DNA of 64,000 bases from Promethearchaeota archaeon (GTDB lineage Archaea; Asgardarchaeota; Thorarchaeia; Thorarchaeales; Thorarchaeaceae): the NCBI GenBank assembly GCA_014728035.1, contig WJMJ01000002.1, positions 860 to 64,859 of the forward strand. The letters are read 5' to 3'. The notes under the pieces were generated by a model. The model was not told the DNA's origin. It did not search any database and saw only the letters and a list, made by a program, of their open reading frames with translations. The position numbers and the translations under genes are program-made. Within the stretch, counting starts at the first letter, position 1; every line of letters starts with the position of its first letter. Shown here in pieces: positions 8,740 to 17,946 of the stretch.

Positions 8740-9828
8740 GTGAGAAGCTTGACTGAAGAGATTGGGAATACCGACTTAATTGAGAGATTACTCCTCATTA
8801 CAACCTTAAATTCTACCCTGATTCATTTCCTAATTACATCTCAAGTTGAAGGTTCTATAGACCCAGACAGAGTAGATTCATTGACTCAGGGACTTACACG
8901 TACTAGAAGTTGGTTGGAAGATTTGACTAACGCTCCTAAAATTCCTCCATCAACTCAGAACATTGTGGGGTTATTGGTCAAAAGACTTTCACAAATTGAG
9001 AGTGTCTTGCCAAAGCTTTCATTGATAGCAAAACAAGCTGAAGACAATAAAACACCCACTGCCGAAATCTTGTCTCTCCTTGATGGGGGAGAAATCACAC
9101 ACCCTGCTGTGAAAGAAGCAACCAAAGCTGCAGTCAGCACCATTCAAGATGATAAGCTTGAACCACTTGTTGATTTTTCATCACCTCAACAAGCTGAACC
9201 CAAAGAACCGTACAAAAAAGTCGGAGTCGAAAATGATGAATGGGGTCTCATTGGCCAAACTCAACGTATGATTCAACAATACTCAAAACGTTGTCATGCT
9301 CTGCTTCCAACATTCTGGCTTGAAGTTTTGAGAGAGCTTCACAGATACGAGTCCAGCTCCCCGTATATTGGGGATGCCATAGAAATGCCCGCAAGAATTG
9401 TTGTACGGATTGTGAAAGGACTTCTAACAGAAGCACCGGGAGCAAGATTATTGCAGGATCTGATGAAGAAAAGGGCGCAAGAGAATTATCTAGATGCTTC
9501 AGAAATAGAACGTGTCGAACGTGCAGTATCCAAGTATTTCTCAGGACTTGAGGATGTTCTTAAAGGTGAAGATGTGAATGTTCAAGAGAAAATTCTGGAC
9601 GCTCACACAGCGTTTGATGGATTTGGTTGGGGAGGTCCAGATCTTGAAAAACGTCTGATAAAAAGAATAAATCAACGGTGTGAAGAAGCAATGCAAAATG
9701 CTGAAACCGGAAGTGATCCTCAACGACAGGTTATCTATGCAGAAATAACCAAGTTACTCTGTAAACTCCAACATGCCATACTAGCTGAACCACGACTTCG
9801 TGAGATTCTGGCTCAGATGAAACCATAA
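8740..9828 (+). CDS. 362-aa alpha-helical protein of unknown function; third gene of the tubulin-like operon
   Basis: GTG start at 8740, one nucleotide after the TAG stop (8736-8738) of the tubulin-like gene. No TM segment and no recognisable enzymatic motif. Confidence 0.7.
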   Translation: MRSLTEEIGNTDLIERLLLITTLNSTLIHFLITSQVEGSIDPDRVDSLTQGLTRTRSWLEDLTNAPKIPPSTQNIVGLLVKRLSQIESVLPKLSLIAKQAEDNKTPTAEILSLLDGGEITHPAVKEATKAAVSTIQDDKLEPLVDFSSPQQAEPKEPYKKVGVENDEWGLIGQTQRMIQQYSKRCHALLPTFWLEVLRELHRYESSSPYIGDAIEMPARIVVRIVKGLLTEAPGARLLQDLMKKRAQENYLDASEIERVERAVSKYFSGLEDVLKGEDVNVQEKILDAHTAFDGFGWGGPDLEKRLIKRINQRCEEAMQNAETGSDPQRQVIYAEITKLLCKLQHAILAEPRLREILAQMKP

Positions 9829-9847
9829 AAATGAACAAAAATGGATA

Positions 9848-9864
9848 AGTCCCGTAGTGGGACT
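9848..9864. terminator. Short hairpin between convergent genes
   Basis: agtccc (9848-9853) pairs with gggact (9859-9864) around a 5-nt loop, between the stop of 8740..9828 and the stop of 9863..10174. Confidence 0.25.
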
Positions 9865-10174
9865 AATCCTTATCTTCTTCTTCGTCTTCTTCCTTTGTGT
9901 AAAATTGGATGAAGACCTGTTTGTTTTCATGAAATGGAACTACTTTGTGAGAATATTTTCCATGAACCGTCAAGATGTGAGCTAATTCTTGGATAGCTTG
10001 ATTGTCGTCTTCACTAAGAACAAAATAATCTTCAAGATATTCAAGGTCTATAGCTTGGTCCGTATTTGCCAATTCAGCTACAAGCTCATCGACTTTTTCT
10101 TCCAGTTTCTTATTGAATTCACGATTCTTCTTGTGAATATCAGGGGCTTTCATAGTATGTTTTTTCCATGACAC
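9863..10174 (-). CDS. Small acidic hypothetical protein (103 aa)
   Basis: ORF with an ATG start and an acidic C-terminal tail (KEEDEEEDKD). No motif recognised. Confidence 0.55.
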   Translation of the reverse strand: MSWKKHTMKAPDIHKKNREFNKKLEEKVDELVAELANTDQAIDLEYLEDYFVLSEDDNQAIQELAHILTVHGKYSHKVVPFHENKQVFIQFYTKEEDEEEDKD

Positions 10175-10320
10175 GCGAGATAATCCTCCATAAAAGGTAT
10201 TTATATCACTAATCGTTTCTTCGCTTAAAAATTAAAGGTTTTAGTCTGAGAAGGCTAACCACCCGTAGCGATATAAGGGTAGAATCTTTACACGAAGCAA
10301 CTAAGCAGAGGGATAATGAT

Positions 10321-11727
10321 ATGTCTGGCCTTAAGAAAATGCTGAGTCCGAAAGTAACGGCAGTAGTGGGTGTCTCAACATCGAACCCCTTTAGTCCCGG
10401 AAATGTGATTTTTAGAAAACTAGCTTTTGAGAATGGTCTCAAGACTTATCCAATCAATCCAAAAGGTGGAATGATTGAGGGCGTTCAAGCGTACAAATCC
10501 GTTGCTGAAGCACCTGATGATATTGATTTAGTAGTTATTTCAGTTCCAGCAAAATATGTTCCTTCAGTATTGAAAGAAGTTGCAGAAAAAGGAATTAAAT
10601 CAGTAATCGTAGTTTCTGGCGGATTCAGTGAGACCGGAGATACTGGTGAAAGCTTGCAAAAAGAGATAGTAGAGATTGCTGAGAAGAATGACATTACTAT
10701 GGTTGGTCCGAATTGTATAGGAGTTTTTGTTCCAGAAACACTGGACACATTTTTCTTGCCATCAGAACGAGTTGCTCGTCCGATCAAAGGTTCGGTTGCT
10801 TTAATCTCACAGAGTGGAGGTTGGTTGATTGAACGGCTTGAAGAGTTTGCTGAAAGAGATGTAGGTATAGCGGCTGCTGTATCAATTGGAAATGCAGCTC
10901 AAACGAAAGTTACTGATTTCGTCAAACACTTTGGTAAGGATGATAAAGTAAATGTAATCCTTTGTTATATAGAAGGATTTGGAGAAGGAGAAGGAAGAGC
11001 TTTTGTTGAAGCAGCTGCTGATATTGCTGAAAAAAAACCAGTAGTTGTTCTTAAAGGTGGACAGTCCGAAGCAGGACACAGAGCCACTCAGAGTCACACT
11101 TCTTCTCTAGCTGGAAATAGAGTCGTAGCTTCAGCGGCATTCAAACAATTTGGAGTAATCGAAGCAATTGATGAAGATGAAGTCATGGCATTCTCCAAAG
11201 TCTTCTCATTCAAACCAAAGACAATGAAGGGACCAAAAGTTGGATGCTTAACGGTAAGTGGCGGACATGGAGTAATTGCAACTGACGAAGCAGATCATTA
11301 TGGTTTGAAGTTGCCAATGTTTTCAGAAGAAGAGCAAGAGAAACTCAGGTCGCAAATGACCCCCTCATACCAACGAATTGCATCATTCAGAAATCCCTGT
11401 GATCTCACCGGAAGCGCGTCAGACTTAGATTATGAAAAAGTTCTAGATGTAATGCTTGAGCTGGAGAAAGTCGATGCAGCACTTCTTCTTATGTTACCCT
11501 ACGCTCCAGGAATTTCATTACAGGTTGGTGCAAGAGTAGCTAATGTTGGAAAACGGTACAAGAAAACAATCGTTGCATATGTTCCAGATTTGGAAAAATA
11601 TGAAGTGATAATCAGAGGATTTGAGCTGAATGGTATTCCTGTTGGAGATACTATCGAAGAAGCAGTTCAGATGATTCACGGAATCAATAAACGTTCACAG
11701 TATCTAAGAAGAATTGGAGCAATTTAA
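10321..11727 (+). CDS. Acetyl-CoA synthetase (ADP-forming) alpha subunit / CoA-binding NDP-forming acyl-CoA synthetase
   Basis: 468 aa. N-terminal CoA-binding fold (VAVVGVSTSNP...INPKG). Succinyl-CoA-synthetase-like region with the phosphohistidine motif TQSHTSSLAG (cf. SHTGSLAG in archaeal ACD alpha). No ATP-grasp beta subunit is adjacent. Confidence 0.8.
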   Translation: MSGLKKMLSPKVTAVVGVSTSNPFSPGNVIFRKLAFENGLKTYPINPKGGMIEGVQAYKSVAEAPDDIDLVVISVPAKYVPSVLKEVAEKGIKSVIVVSGGFSETGDTGESLQKEIVEIAEKNDITMVGPNCIGVFVPETLDTFFLPSERVARPIKGSVALISQSGGWLIERLEEFAERDVGIAAAVSIGNAAQTKVTDFVKHFGKDDKVNVILCYIEGFGEGEGRAFVEAAADIAEKKPVVVLKGGQSEAGHRATQSHTSSLAGNRVVASAAFKQFGVIEAIDEDEVMAFSKVFSFKPKTMKGPKVGCLTVSGGHGVIATDEADHYGLKLPMFSEEEQEKLRSQMTPSYQRIASFRNPCDLTGSASDLDYEKVLDVMLELEKVDAALLLMLPYAPGISLQVGARVANVGKRYKKTIVAYVPDLEKYEVIIRGFELNGIPVGDTIEEAVQMIHGINKRSQYLRRIGAI

Positions 11728-11746
11728 TAAATTAGGAGACCCCCAT

Positions 11747-12145
11747 ATGGGAAATTCGAATATGGAACCTTTAATGGGGGGAATCTATATTTTTTCTTTC
11801 TCAAGCCAATGGAAAGCAGAGGCATTTATTGAACGATTTAAGGACTGTCCAAATTGGCCTGTGATTGAAAAAAGCGACACACCAAATCAAGTCGTAGTGA
11901 CAGCTATTGAATCAGTACATCAGAAACATGGAGATTTCACAACCGCACATAATACATTAGTTGAAAATCCCGAATTGATTGGAGCCAAGTCTGTATCATT
12001 TTTGAGGGATGATCGACTTGTCTTCCTATTTTCAGAGAATCCATACGACTCAAAGTTACAGGAAACTTCCCCTTGTGGTTCAGATTGTGAAAAATGTCCT
12101 AGATTTACAAATCCGTGTAGAGGTTGCCCAGCTGTACATAGATAA
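11747..12145 (+). CDS. Hypothetical protein with a C-terminal Cys cluster
   Basis: ORF 11714..12145. The likely start is ATG 11747, 8 nt after AGGAG (11734-11738). C-terminus is CGSDCEKCPRFTNPCRGCPA, a metal-binding-like CxxxCxxC...CxxC pattern. Confidence 0.6.
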   Translation: MGNSNMEPLMGGIYIFSFSSQWKAEAFIERFKDCPNWPVIEKSDTPNQVVVTAIESVHQKHGDFTTAHNTLVENPELIGAKSVSFLRDDRLVFLFSENPYDSKLQETSPCGSDCEKCPRFTNPCRGCPAVHR

Positions 12146-12154
12146 TAAGGACAA

Positions 12155-13306
12155 CTAATTGATTTCAAAATCCATTTGGTTGCCAGACACAAGATTCTCA
12201 TAGTCAATACCCAATGATTTCAAAGATTCAAGTAGGTCTCCACGGATGATAAGTGGTCGGATTTGCAGTTTTTCTGTAGAGTCACAACCAGTCAAATACA
12301 TTGCAGTCCTGAGCCCTTCTATGAATTTAGTAATCTCATCGATAACATCTTCTGTCGTACCTCGTGTTGCAGGATATAGAAACGGATGAGCAACACCAGC
12401 AGCAATAGCCCCTAGACTAAGTGATTTTGCAATATCCAAGCCTGTTCTAATACCACCAGTAGCTATGATTTCGAGATCAGTATGAGTACTAACCATAATC
12501 ACACTGAGTGCAGTTGGAATTCCAAAATCCCAGAATTCTAAACCCATTTGAGCTTTAACTGCATCATCTTCTCTCAGAGCTCGATAGTACTCGACAGCTG
12601 CCCAGCTTGTTCCTCCAACTCCACCAACGTCTATCCCATCCACTCCGACACTCTCAAGAGCTTTCGCAACTTCACCAGAAATACCAGCACCTGTTTCCTT
12701 ACAAATCACAGGGACATCTACTGATTCGACAATCTGAGCAATGTTATCAATGACCCCTATGGAATTACAGTCACCCTCAGGCTGAATTGCTTCTTGCAAT
12801 GGATTGAGATGGATAGCAAGAATATCAGCTTCGATCATGGAAACCGCATCAGCTGCAAGATTTACATGAGTAGCTCCAATATTTGCAATCACTGGAACAG
12901 TAGGTGCACATTCTCGAACAATTTTGAAGGTATCAGCTAACTCAGGATTTTCCAAGCCTGAACGTTGACTCCCTACACCTATTGGTATTTTCAACTCCTC
13001 AGCTGCTTCAGCTAATCTACGATTGATTTCGTAAGTTTCAGGATGTCCACCAGTCATAGCAGCTATAACAAGAGGATAATTTGCTCTAAGGCCCAAAAAA
13101 TTAGTAGTGAGGTCAATATCATCTTTGTTAATTTCGGGGAGGGCATTATGAAGAAGCTCAATATCTTCAAACATGGTGCTTCTTCTGCATTGCACATCCT
13201 CATCCAAACAAATCTCGATATGCTCTATTTTGCGCCGTTTAGTGAGACTTGCTTCAGATGAGCCGTCATCGATGTCGGTTACATCTATTGATTGGTCCTT
13301 GGCCAT
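12155..13306 (-). CDS. fni: Isopentenyl-diphosphate delta-isomerase, type 2 (FMN-dependent)
   Basis: 383 aa TIM-barrel protein with IDI-2 hallmarks (VIAAMTGG, IGVGSQR, KETGAGIS, GGVGGTSWA, ATGGIRTGLDIAK). Confidence 0.9.
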   Translation of the reverse strand: MAKDQSIDVTDIDDGSSEASLTKRRKIEHIEICLDEDVQCRRSTMFEDIELLHNALPEINKDDIDLTTNFLGLRANYPLVIAAMTGGHPETYEINRRLAEAAEELKIPIGVGSQRSGLENPELADTFKIVRECAPTVPVIANIGATHVNLAADAVSMIEADILAIHLNPLQEAIQPEGDCNSIGVIDNIAQIVESVDVPVICKETGAGISGEVAKALESVGVDGIDVGGVGGTSWAAVEYYRALREDDAVKAQMGLEFWDFGIPTALSVIMVSTHTDLEIIATGGIRTGLDIAKSLSLGAIAAGVAHPFLYPATRGTTEDVIDEITKFIEGLRTAMYLTGCDSTEKLQIRPLIIRGDLLESLKSLGIDYENLVSGNQMDFEIN

Positions 13307-13433
13307 GTGATTATCCTCATACGGTATTATCTTGTTCAGTTCATAGGTATTGTGGTGAAAAAACCTTCGATACTTCCTTTTGACTTGCGTAATGCAAAGC
13401 CTTTATTGTTGGTTTTTTCAATAGAGGTCGGTA

Positions 13434-13976
13434 GTGGATACAATGTCCGATGAATCAAAGTATCGTGTCGAAGCGGAAGATGATGAGGTCGAGGAGAAAA
13501 AAGGATTCTTCAGACCACTTCCAGAAGATCGCCCTGTTCAATCGGGTGATAAGAAACAACCAATTGTGAAGCTTTTGGGAATATCAATGTATGAAAAAAC
13601 ACGTGATAGAATCATCATTTTACTTGTGCCATTTCTCGTTGCACTCATAAATGCAAACGTATTCAGCTTGGTCATTATTCAGGCATTACCTGAATCCAGC
13701 CTGTTTTTATTCGTGATACCTATGTTATCCGCTATCCCAATTGGACTAACTGTGCACCACACTAAAAATGCATTGTTAGCATCTTTGATAGCATCCGCAT
13801 TTTTCGTTATGCTATTTGTGCTATTCTTGATCTCACCAGCTCTCATGAGTCCAAGGCTGAACGTTGGTGAATTCTTCGTGTCTGGAATGATCATAAGTGC
13901 AATTTATGATTTGTTTGTAATATTTGCAAATCTTCTTGGTTCTCTTATTGGTGCAATTCTCCGAGAATTCTTTTAG
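13434..13976 (+). CDS. Membrane protein (acidic N-terminus, ~4 TM helices)
   Basis: 180-aa ORF (GTG 13434, or ATG 13443) with an acidic N-terminus followed by four hydrophobic segments. Confidence 0.55.
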   Translation: MDTMSDESKYRVEAEDDEVEEKKGFFRPLPEDRPVQSGDKKQPIVKLLGISMYEKTRDRIIILLVPFLVALINANVFSLVIIQALPESSLFLFVIPMLSAIPIGLTVHHTKNALLASLIASAFFVMLFVLFLISPALMSPRLNVGEFFVSGMIISAIYDLFVIFANLLGSLIGAILREFF

Positions 13977-14022
13977 ATGAAGACGCAGAAGTTATATGCT
14001 AACAAATTCCGTCGGCATACCC

Positions 14023-14631
14023 ATGAAGCGAATTGGGGTTCTCATAAGCGGCAGAGGAACAAACCTACAAGCACTCATTGATGCTCAGAAACGAGGAGAA
14101 ATCAGTGGAGAGATTGCAGTTGTGATTAGCAACAAAAGCAAGGCGTATGGTCTCGAAAGAGCGCGTTCTGCAAATATCAAAACTGAAATTGTTACAAAGA
14201 AGACACATCCAATTCGTGAGGAACATGACAAACGAGTTGTGGAACTTCTCAAACAATATAATGTGGATTTTGTAGTTCTCGCAGGATATATGCGATTAAT
14301 CACGGAACATTTGATCAACCCGTTTCAAAATAGAATTATCAATATCCATCCTTCATTGCTACCATCCTTTCCAGGGATAGACGCTCAGAAACAAGCATTG
14401 GAATACGGTGTAAAAATTACTGGGTGCACTACACACATTGTCACTCTTGATATGGATGCAGGACCGATAATACTCCAAGAATATGTTCCAGTATTTGATA
14501 CAGATACTCGTGATACTTTGGCAGAGAGGATTTTGGAAAAAGAACATGAAATTCTTGTTGAAACCGTCCAGCTACTCTGTGAGGATAGAATTCGTGTTAC
14601 AGGAAGAATAACGAAAATTACTGGAGAATAA
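14023..14631 (+). CDS. purN: Phosphoribosylglycinamide formyltransferase (GAR transformylase, PurN)
   Basis: MKRIGVLISGRGTNLQ N-terminus, NIHPSLLPSFPG motif and MDAGPII. The ORF extends to ATG 13996, so the start is ambiguous between 13996 and 14023. Confidence 0.9.
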   Translation: MKRIGVLISGRGTNLQALIDAQKRGEISGEIAVVISNKSKAYGLERARSANIKTEIVTKKTHPIREEHDKRVVELLKQYNVDFVVLAGYMRLITEHLINPFQNRIINIHPSLLPSFPGIDAQKQALEYGVKITGCTTHIVTLDMDAGPIILQEYVPVFDTDTRDTLAERILEKEHEILVETVQLLCEDRIRVTGRITKITGE

Positions 14632-14633
14632 TT

Positions 14634-16025
14634 ATGTGCGGAGTATTAGGTATCCTCGGCAAGATGGATCTACCAATGGCAAGAGAATTACTACTTCTTC
14701 TAGCACATCGCGGGCAAGATGCAGCAGGGTTGCTCTGGGAATCCGAAAATATCTTCACTGAATCAAAAGCTACGGGTAGCCCAGCATTTATCGAGCTACC
14801 AAATGATTCACCTAGTATCATTCTTGGGAGTACACGATATCCAACTATAGGAAAGAGAGTTGCAAATGAGGAAGAACTAGATATTTTCGTGGGACCATTT
14901 CAATCAGAAAATGTTGCTCTGACACACAATGGAAACATCACAAATATGGCCTGTCAGACTGAACGAGAGTATTTTACAGATGCTCAATTTCTAACTGACA
15001 AGTTAGCTCAATATCTCAAAGAGAATGATAATCAATTACAGGATGCAATTGGTAAATTATCATCGGAGGTTGATGGAGCATTCAGTATTGTTGGAATTCA
15101 CGATAGCAAATTATTCGCGTTTAGAGATGCACGAGGGTTCAAACCGCTTGTCTTTGGAAGAAGTAAAGATCTCACAATAATCGCTTCAGAAAGCACTGTT
15201 CATGCAATGGCTGGGCTTACAATTGAGAGAGATGTATATCCAGGAGAGCTTCTCGTCTTCAGTAAGAATGGGAAACTCGAATCATTCTCAATTTCGCAAA
15301 ATGCATTGCATTCGCACTGTTTCTTCGAATATGTCTACTTTGCACATCCTGCTTCAACAATTGAAAATCAATTAGTCTATGACGTTAGATTCAGGCTTGG
15401 AAGAGCATTAGCACATGCATTTAAGAAAATGAATAAAGAGCCTCCAGACTATGTTGTTCCTGTACCCGATACGAGTAGACCGGCTGCACAAGCATTAGCT
15501 GAAACACTTGGTGTACCAATGCGTGAAATTATTTTGAAAAATCGTTATCTTGGACGCACTTTCATAGTTAGAACTCAGAAAGAAAGAAATGCAATGGCAA
15601 AAAGAAAGTATCTCTACTTGACTGATAAGATAGAGAATAAGACTATTCTCGTAGTTGACGACTCGATTGTTCGTGGTACAACAGCAAAAATGATTGTGCA
15701 TGACCTAAAAGAACTCGGTGCATCCAAAGTCTATTTTGCTGCTACCTGTCCACCTCAAGACCATCCATGCTATTATGGAATTGATATATCCACTGGCAAG
15801 GAGCTCATTGCTTCAAATTCCAGAAGAGAAGATATTCGAAAATACATTGGAGCTGATGCACTCATTTATCAAAATATGAGTGATTTAGTTAATGCAATAG
15901 GTCTAAAGGATCTCTGTCTTGCATGTCTTGATGGTGAATATCCGACTGAACATGCGAGATTCATCCAAGAACAGATTCAAGATGATGTAGAATCAGATGG
16001 ACGAGATTACGAACGGGTGGTGTAA
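14634..16025 (+). CDS. purF: Amidophosphoribosyltransferase
   Basis: N-terminal nucleophile MCGVLGI, Ntn glutaminase domain, and the PRTase motif ILVVDDSIVRGTT. Confidence 0.95.
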   Translation: MCGVLGILGKMDLPMARELLLLLAHRGQDAAGLLWESENIFTESKATGSPAFIELPNDSPSIILGSTRYPTIGKRVANEEELDIFVGPFQSENVALTHNGNITNMACQTEREYFTDAQFLTDKLAQYLKENDNQLQDAIGKLSSEVDGAFSIVGIHDSKLFAFRDARGFKPLVFGRSKDLTIIASESTVHAMAGLTIERDVYPGELLVFSKNGKLESFSISQNALHSHCFFEYVYFAHPASTIENQLVYDVRFRLGRALAHAFKKMNKEPPDYVVPVPDTSRPAAQALAETLGVPMREIILKNRYLGRTFIVRTQKERNAMAKRKYLYLTDKIENKTILVVDDSIVRGTTAKMIVHDLKELGASKVYFAATCPPQDHPCYYGIDISTGKELIASNSRREDIRKYIGADALIYQNMSDLVNAIGLKDLCLACLDGEYPTEHARFIQEQIQDDVESDGRDYERVV

Positions 16026-16984
16026 TGAAAATCGGAACGATTGCAAGTCATAGCGCACTGAACATCGTATCAGGAGCAAAAGCAGAAGGCTTTGATACAG
16101 TACTCTATTGCCAACCCAAACGTAGGGAATTCTATGAGTCGTTTGGTTTAGGAAAGTCTATTGTGGAAGTTGAATCGTTTGATGAAATACTCGACTTGGA
16201 TACTGAAGATGTGATAATGATTCCTCACGGTTCATTTGTTGCATATATTGGAGCAGATAAAATTCTCAAATCAGATTTGAATTTGTATGGAAACAAAGAA
16301 CTCCTAAAATGGGAAGAGGATAGAGAACTCAAATCACGATTGATGAAGGAATCAGGTCTCAGAGTGCCAAAAGAGTTTGATTCGGCTGATGATATTGATA
16401 CACCAGTCATTGTGAAGACCTACGGGGCTGCTGGAGGAGAAGGGTATTTCATTGCAAAGGACAAAGAAGAAGCAATCAGCAAAATGGATCCTGATGAGAA
16501 ATACGGGATACAGCAGTATGTCGTTGGAACCAAAGTATTCGTTACCTATTTCAATTCATTGAGTAAGGAACGCATTGAAGTATTTGGCGCTGATATCAGA
16601 TATGAAACGGATGCTGATGCAAACCTACGATTTGATGAGAAACCCTCCTTTGTCGTAATCGGAAATTTACCCTTAGTTCTTAGAGAATCCACTCTTGTGA
16701 GATATTTCAACATGGGAAAAAACTTTGTTCGTGGTTTTGAAAAACTAAACGGAGAAACCATCCCTGGGCCGTTTTGCATCGAGACTATCATTGATAGAGA
16801 ACAGAATATTTACACCTTCGAGTTTAGTGGCAGAATTGTTGCTGGTACCAACATATGGATTCCACATTCACCCTATTCATACTTACAATTTGGAGAAAAG
16901 ATGTGGATGGGAAAAAGAATTGCTCGAGAGCTGAAAGAATTAATCGAAGATGATGCGCTAGAAGATGCACTCTTACCAAAATAA
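16025..16984 (+). CDS. purP: 5-formaminoimidazole-4-carboxamide ribonucleotide (FAICAR) synthetase, archaeal PurP
   Basis: IGTIASHSALNIVSGAKAEGFDTVLYC N-terminus typical of PurP, with an ATP-grasp-like remainder. Its ATG overlaps the purF stop by 1 nt. Confidence 0.85.
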   Translation: MKIGTIASHSALNIVSGAKAEGFDTVLYCQPKRREFYESFGLGKSIVEVESFDEILDLDTEDVIMIPHGSFVAYIGADKILKSDLNLYGNKELLKWEEDRELKSRLMKESGLRVPKEFDSADDIDTPVIVKTYGAAGGEGYFIAKDKEEAISKMDPDEKYGIQQYVVGTKVFVTYFNSLSKERIEVFGADIRYETDADANLRFDEKPSFVVIGNLPLVLRESTLVRYFNMGKNFVRGFEKLNGETIPGPFCIETIIDREQNIYTFEFSGRIVAGTNIWIPHSPYSYLQFGEKMWMGKRIARELKELIEDDALEDALLPK

Positions 16985-16985
16985 T

Positions 16986-17495
16986 CTATAATTCTCTTTT
17001 CTCTTGTCTGCGGGTGTACAAATACACAAGAATTCCCAATATCAGTACTCCAAAATCCATACCGATAGCTCCAATCCAAGTACTATATACTCCAAGCCCA
17101 ACAGCAGGTATATCACTAAGGAATAGAGGCACACCGTCATAAGCTGAGTTGAAAACAGACATTGGCCAGCCTATAAAATCTAATATCCAATGGCTGAACA
17201 CAATTAATCCAACGTATAGACTTGAAAAGACAATTTGAATTTCTGAATCTTGACTACCTTGATTGACGGTCTGTGAATTATAGAACCTGAGGAAAATTGT
17301 TGATACTACAGCAACTAAGACCGACCAGAATCCTGCCATTACTAAACTATGAGTCATCCACAATTCTCCAAGATTCGGGTTCACAAAATATGGTAAATCT
17401 AACAATAGACTGGCTATTATAAGACACCAAAGTGGAATACTTCGGGAATATCTTTTGCTTGCAAATCCTACTCCAACATAGGCATGAGCTGGCAT
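16986..17495 (-). CDS. Membrane-bound metal-dependent hydrolase-like protein (DUF457/YdjM-like)
   Basis: 169 aa, polytopic. WMTHSL motif and a conserved His/Asp pattern (SHWILDF) resembling DUF457. Opposite strand to the pur genes. Confidence 0.55.
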   Translation of the reverse strand: MPAHAYVGVGFASKRYSRSIPLWCLIIASLLLDLPYFVNPNLGELWMTHSLVMAGFWSVLVAVVSTIFLRFYNSQTVNQGSQDSEIQIVFSSLYVGLIVFSHWILDFIGWPMSVFNSAYDGVPLFLSDIPAVGLGVYSTWIGAIGMDFGVLILGILVYLYTRRQEKREL

Positions 17496-17549
17496 AATAT
17501 TTCAAAATGCAATGTAGAAAAATATGATTCGTAAATGTATCATATGATT

Positions 17550-17915
17550 TCACATTCTATTTGATAACATACGACCAACAGTCATATGAATTATCTTGAA
17601 TGTATAAGGGTCAATTTTTCCTGATTTTTCAACTATTCTTTCGGATGAAATGGATCTAATCTGATGACATAGTGCGTATGATTCATTGTCAAGTCCAGTC
17701 CTTTTCTTAATGCGTACAACAGTCCAAAATTTCAGGTCCGTACTGGTAAGGGGCACTATAATCACTAGACCACTTTCCCCGGAATGTCGTCCTTCTTGCT
17801 TAGTTGGAACAGCTAGAACGATACATGGTCGAATTTTACCATTTATTTCTGATCCAATACCAATATCTAGTTGAACTTTAACAATCGCCCCCTGATAGTA
17901 TAGTCCCCCCGACAT
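17550..17915 (-). CDS. MazF/PemK-family toxin-like endoribonuclease
   Basis: 121 aa. GAIVKVQLDIGIGSEINGKIRPCIVL ... VIIVPLTS ... ALCHQIRSISSERI matches the MazF/Kid consensus (G.I..V.L.P..G.E..K.RP.vVL ... VP.TS ... Q.R.i...R). Confidence 0.75.
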   Translation of the reverse strand: MSGGLYYQGAIVKVQLDIGIGSEINGKIRPCIVLAVPTKQEGRHSGESGLVIIVPLTSTDLKFWTVVRIKKRTGLDNESYALCHQIRSISSERIVEKSGKIDPYTFKIIHMTVGRMLSNRM

Positions 17916-17946
17916 GTTATCCCCATCAATCCCGTATTATTTGATT

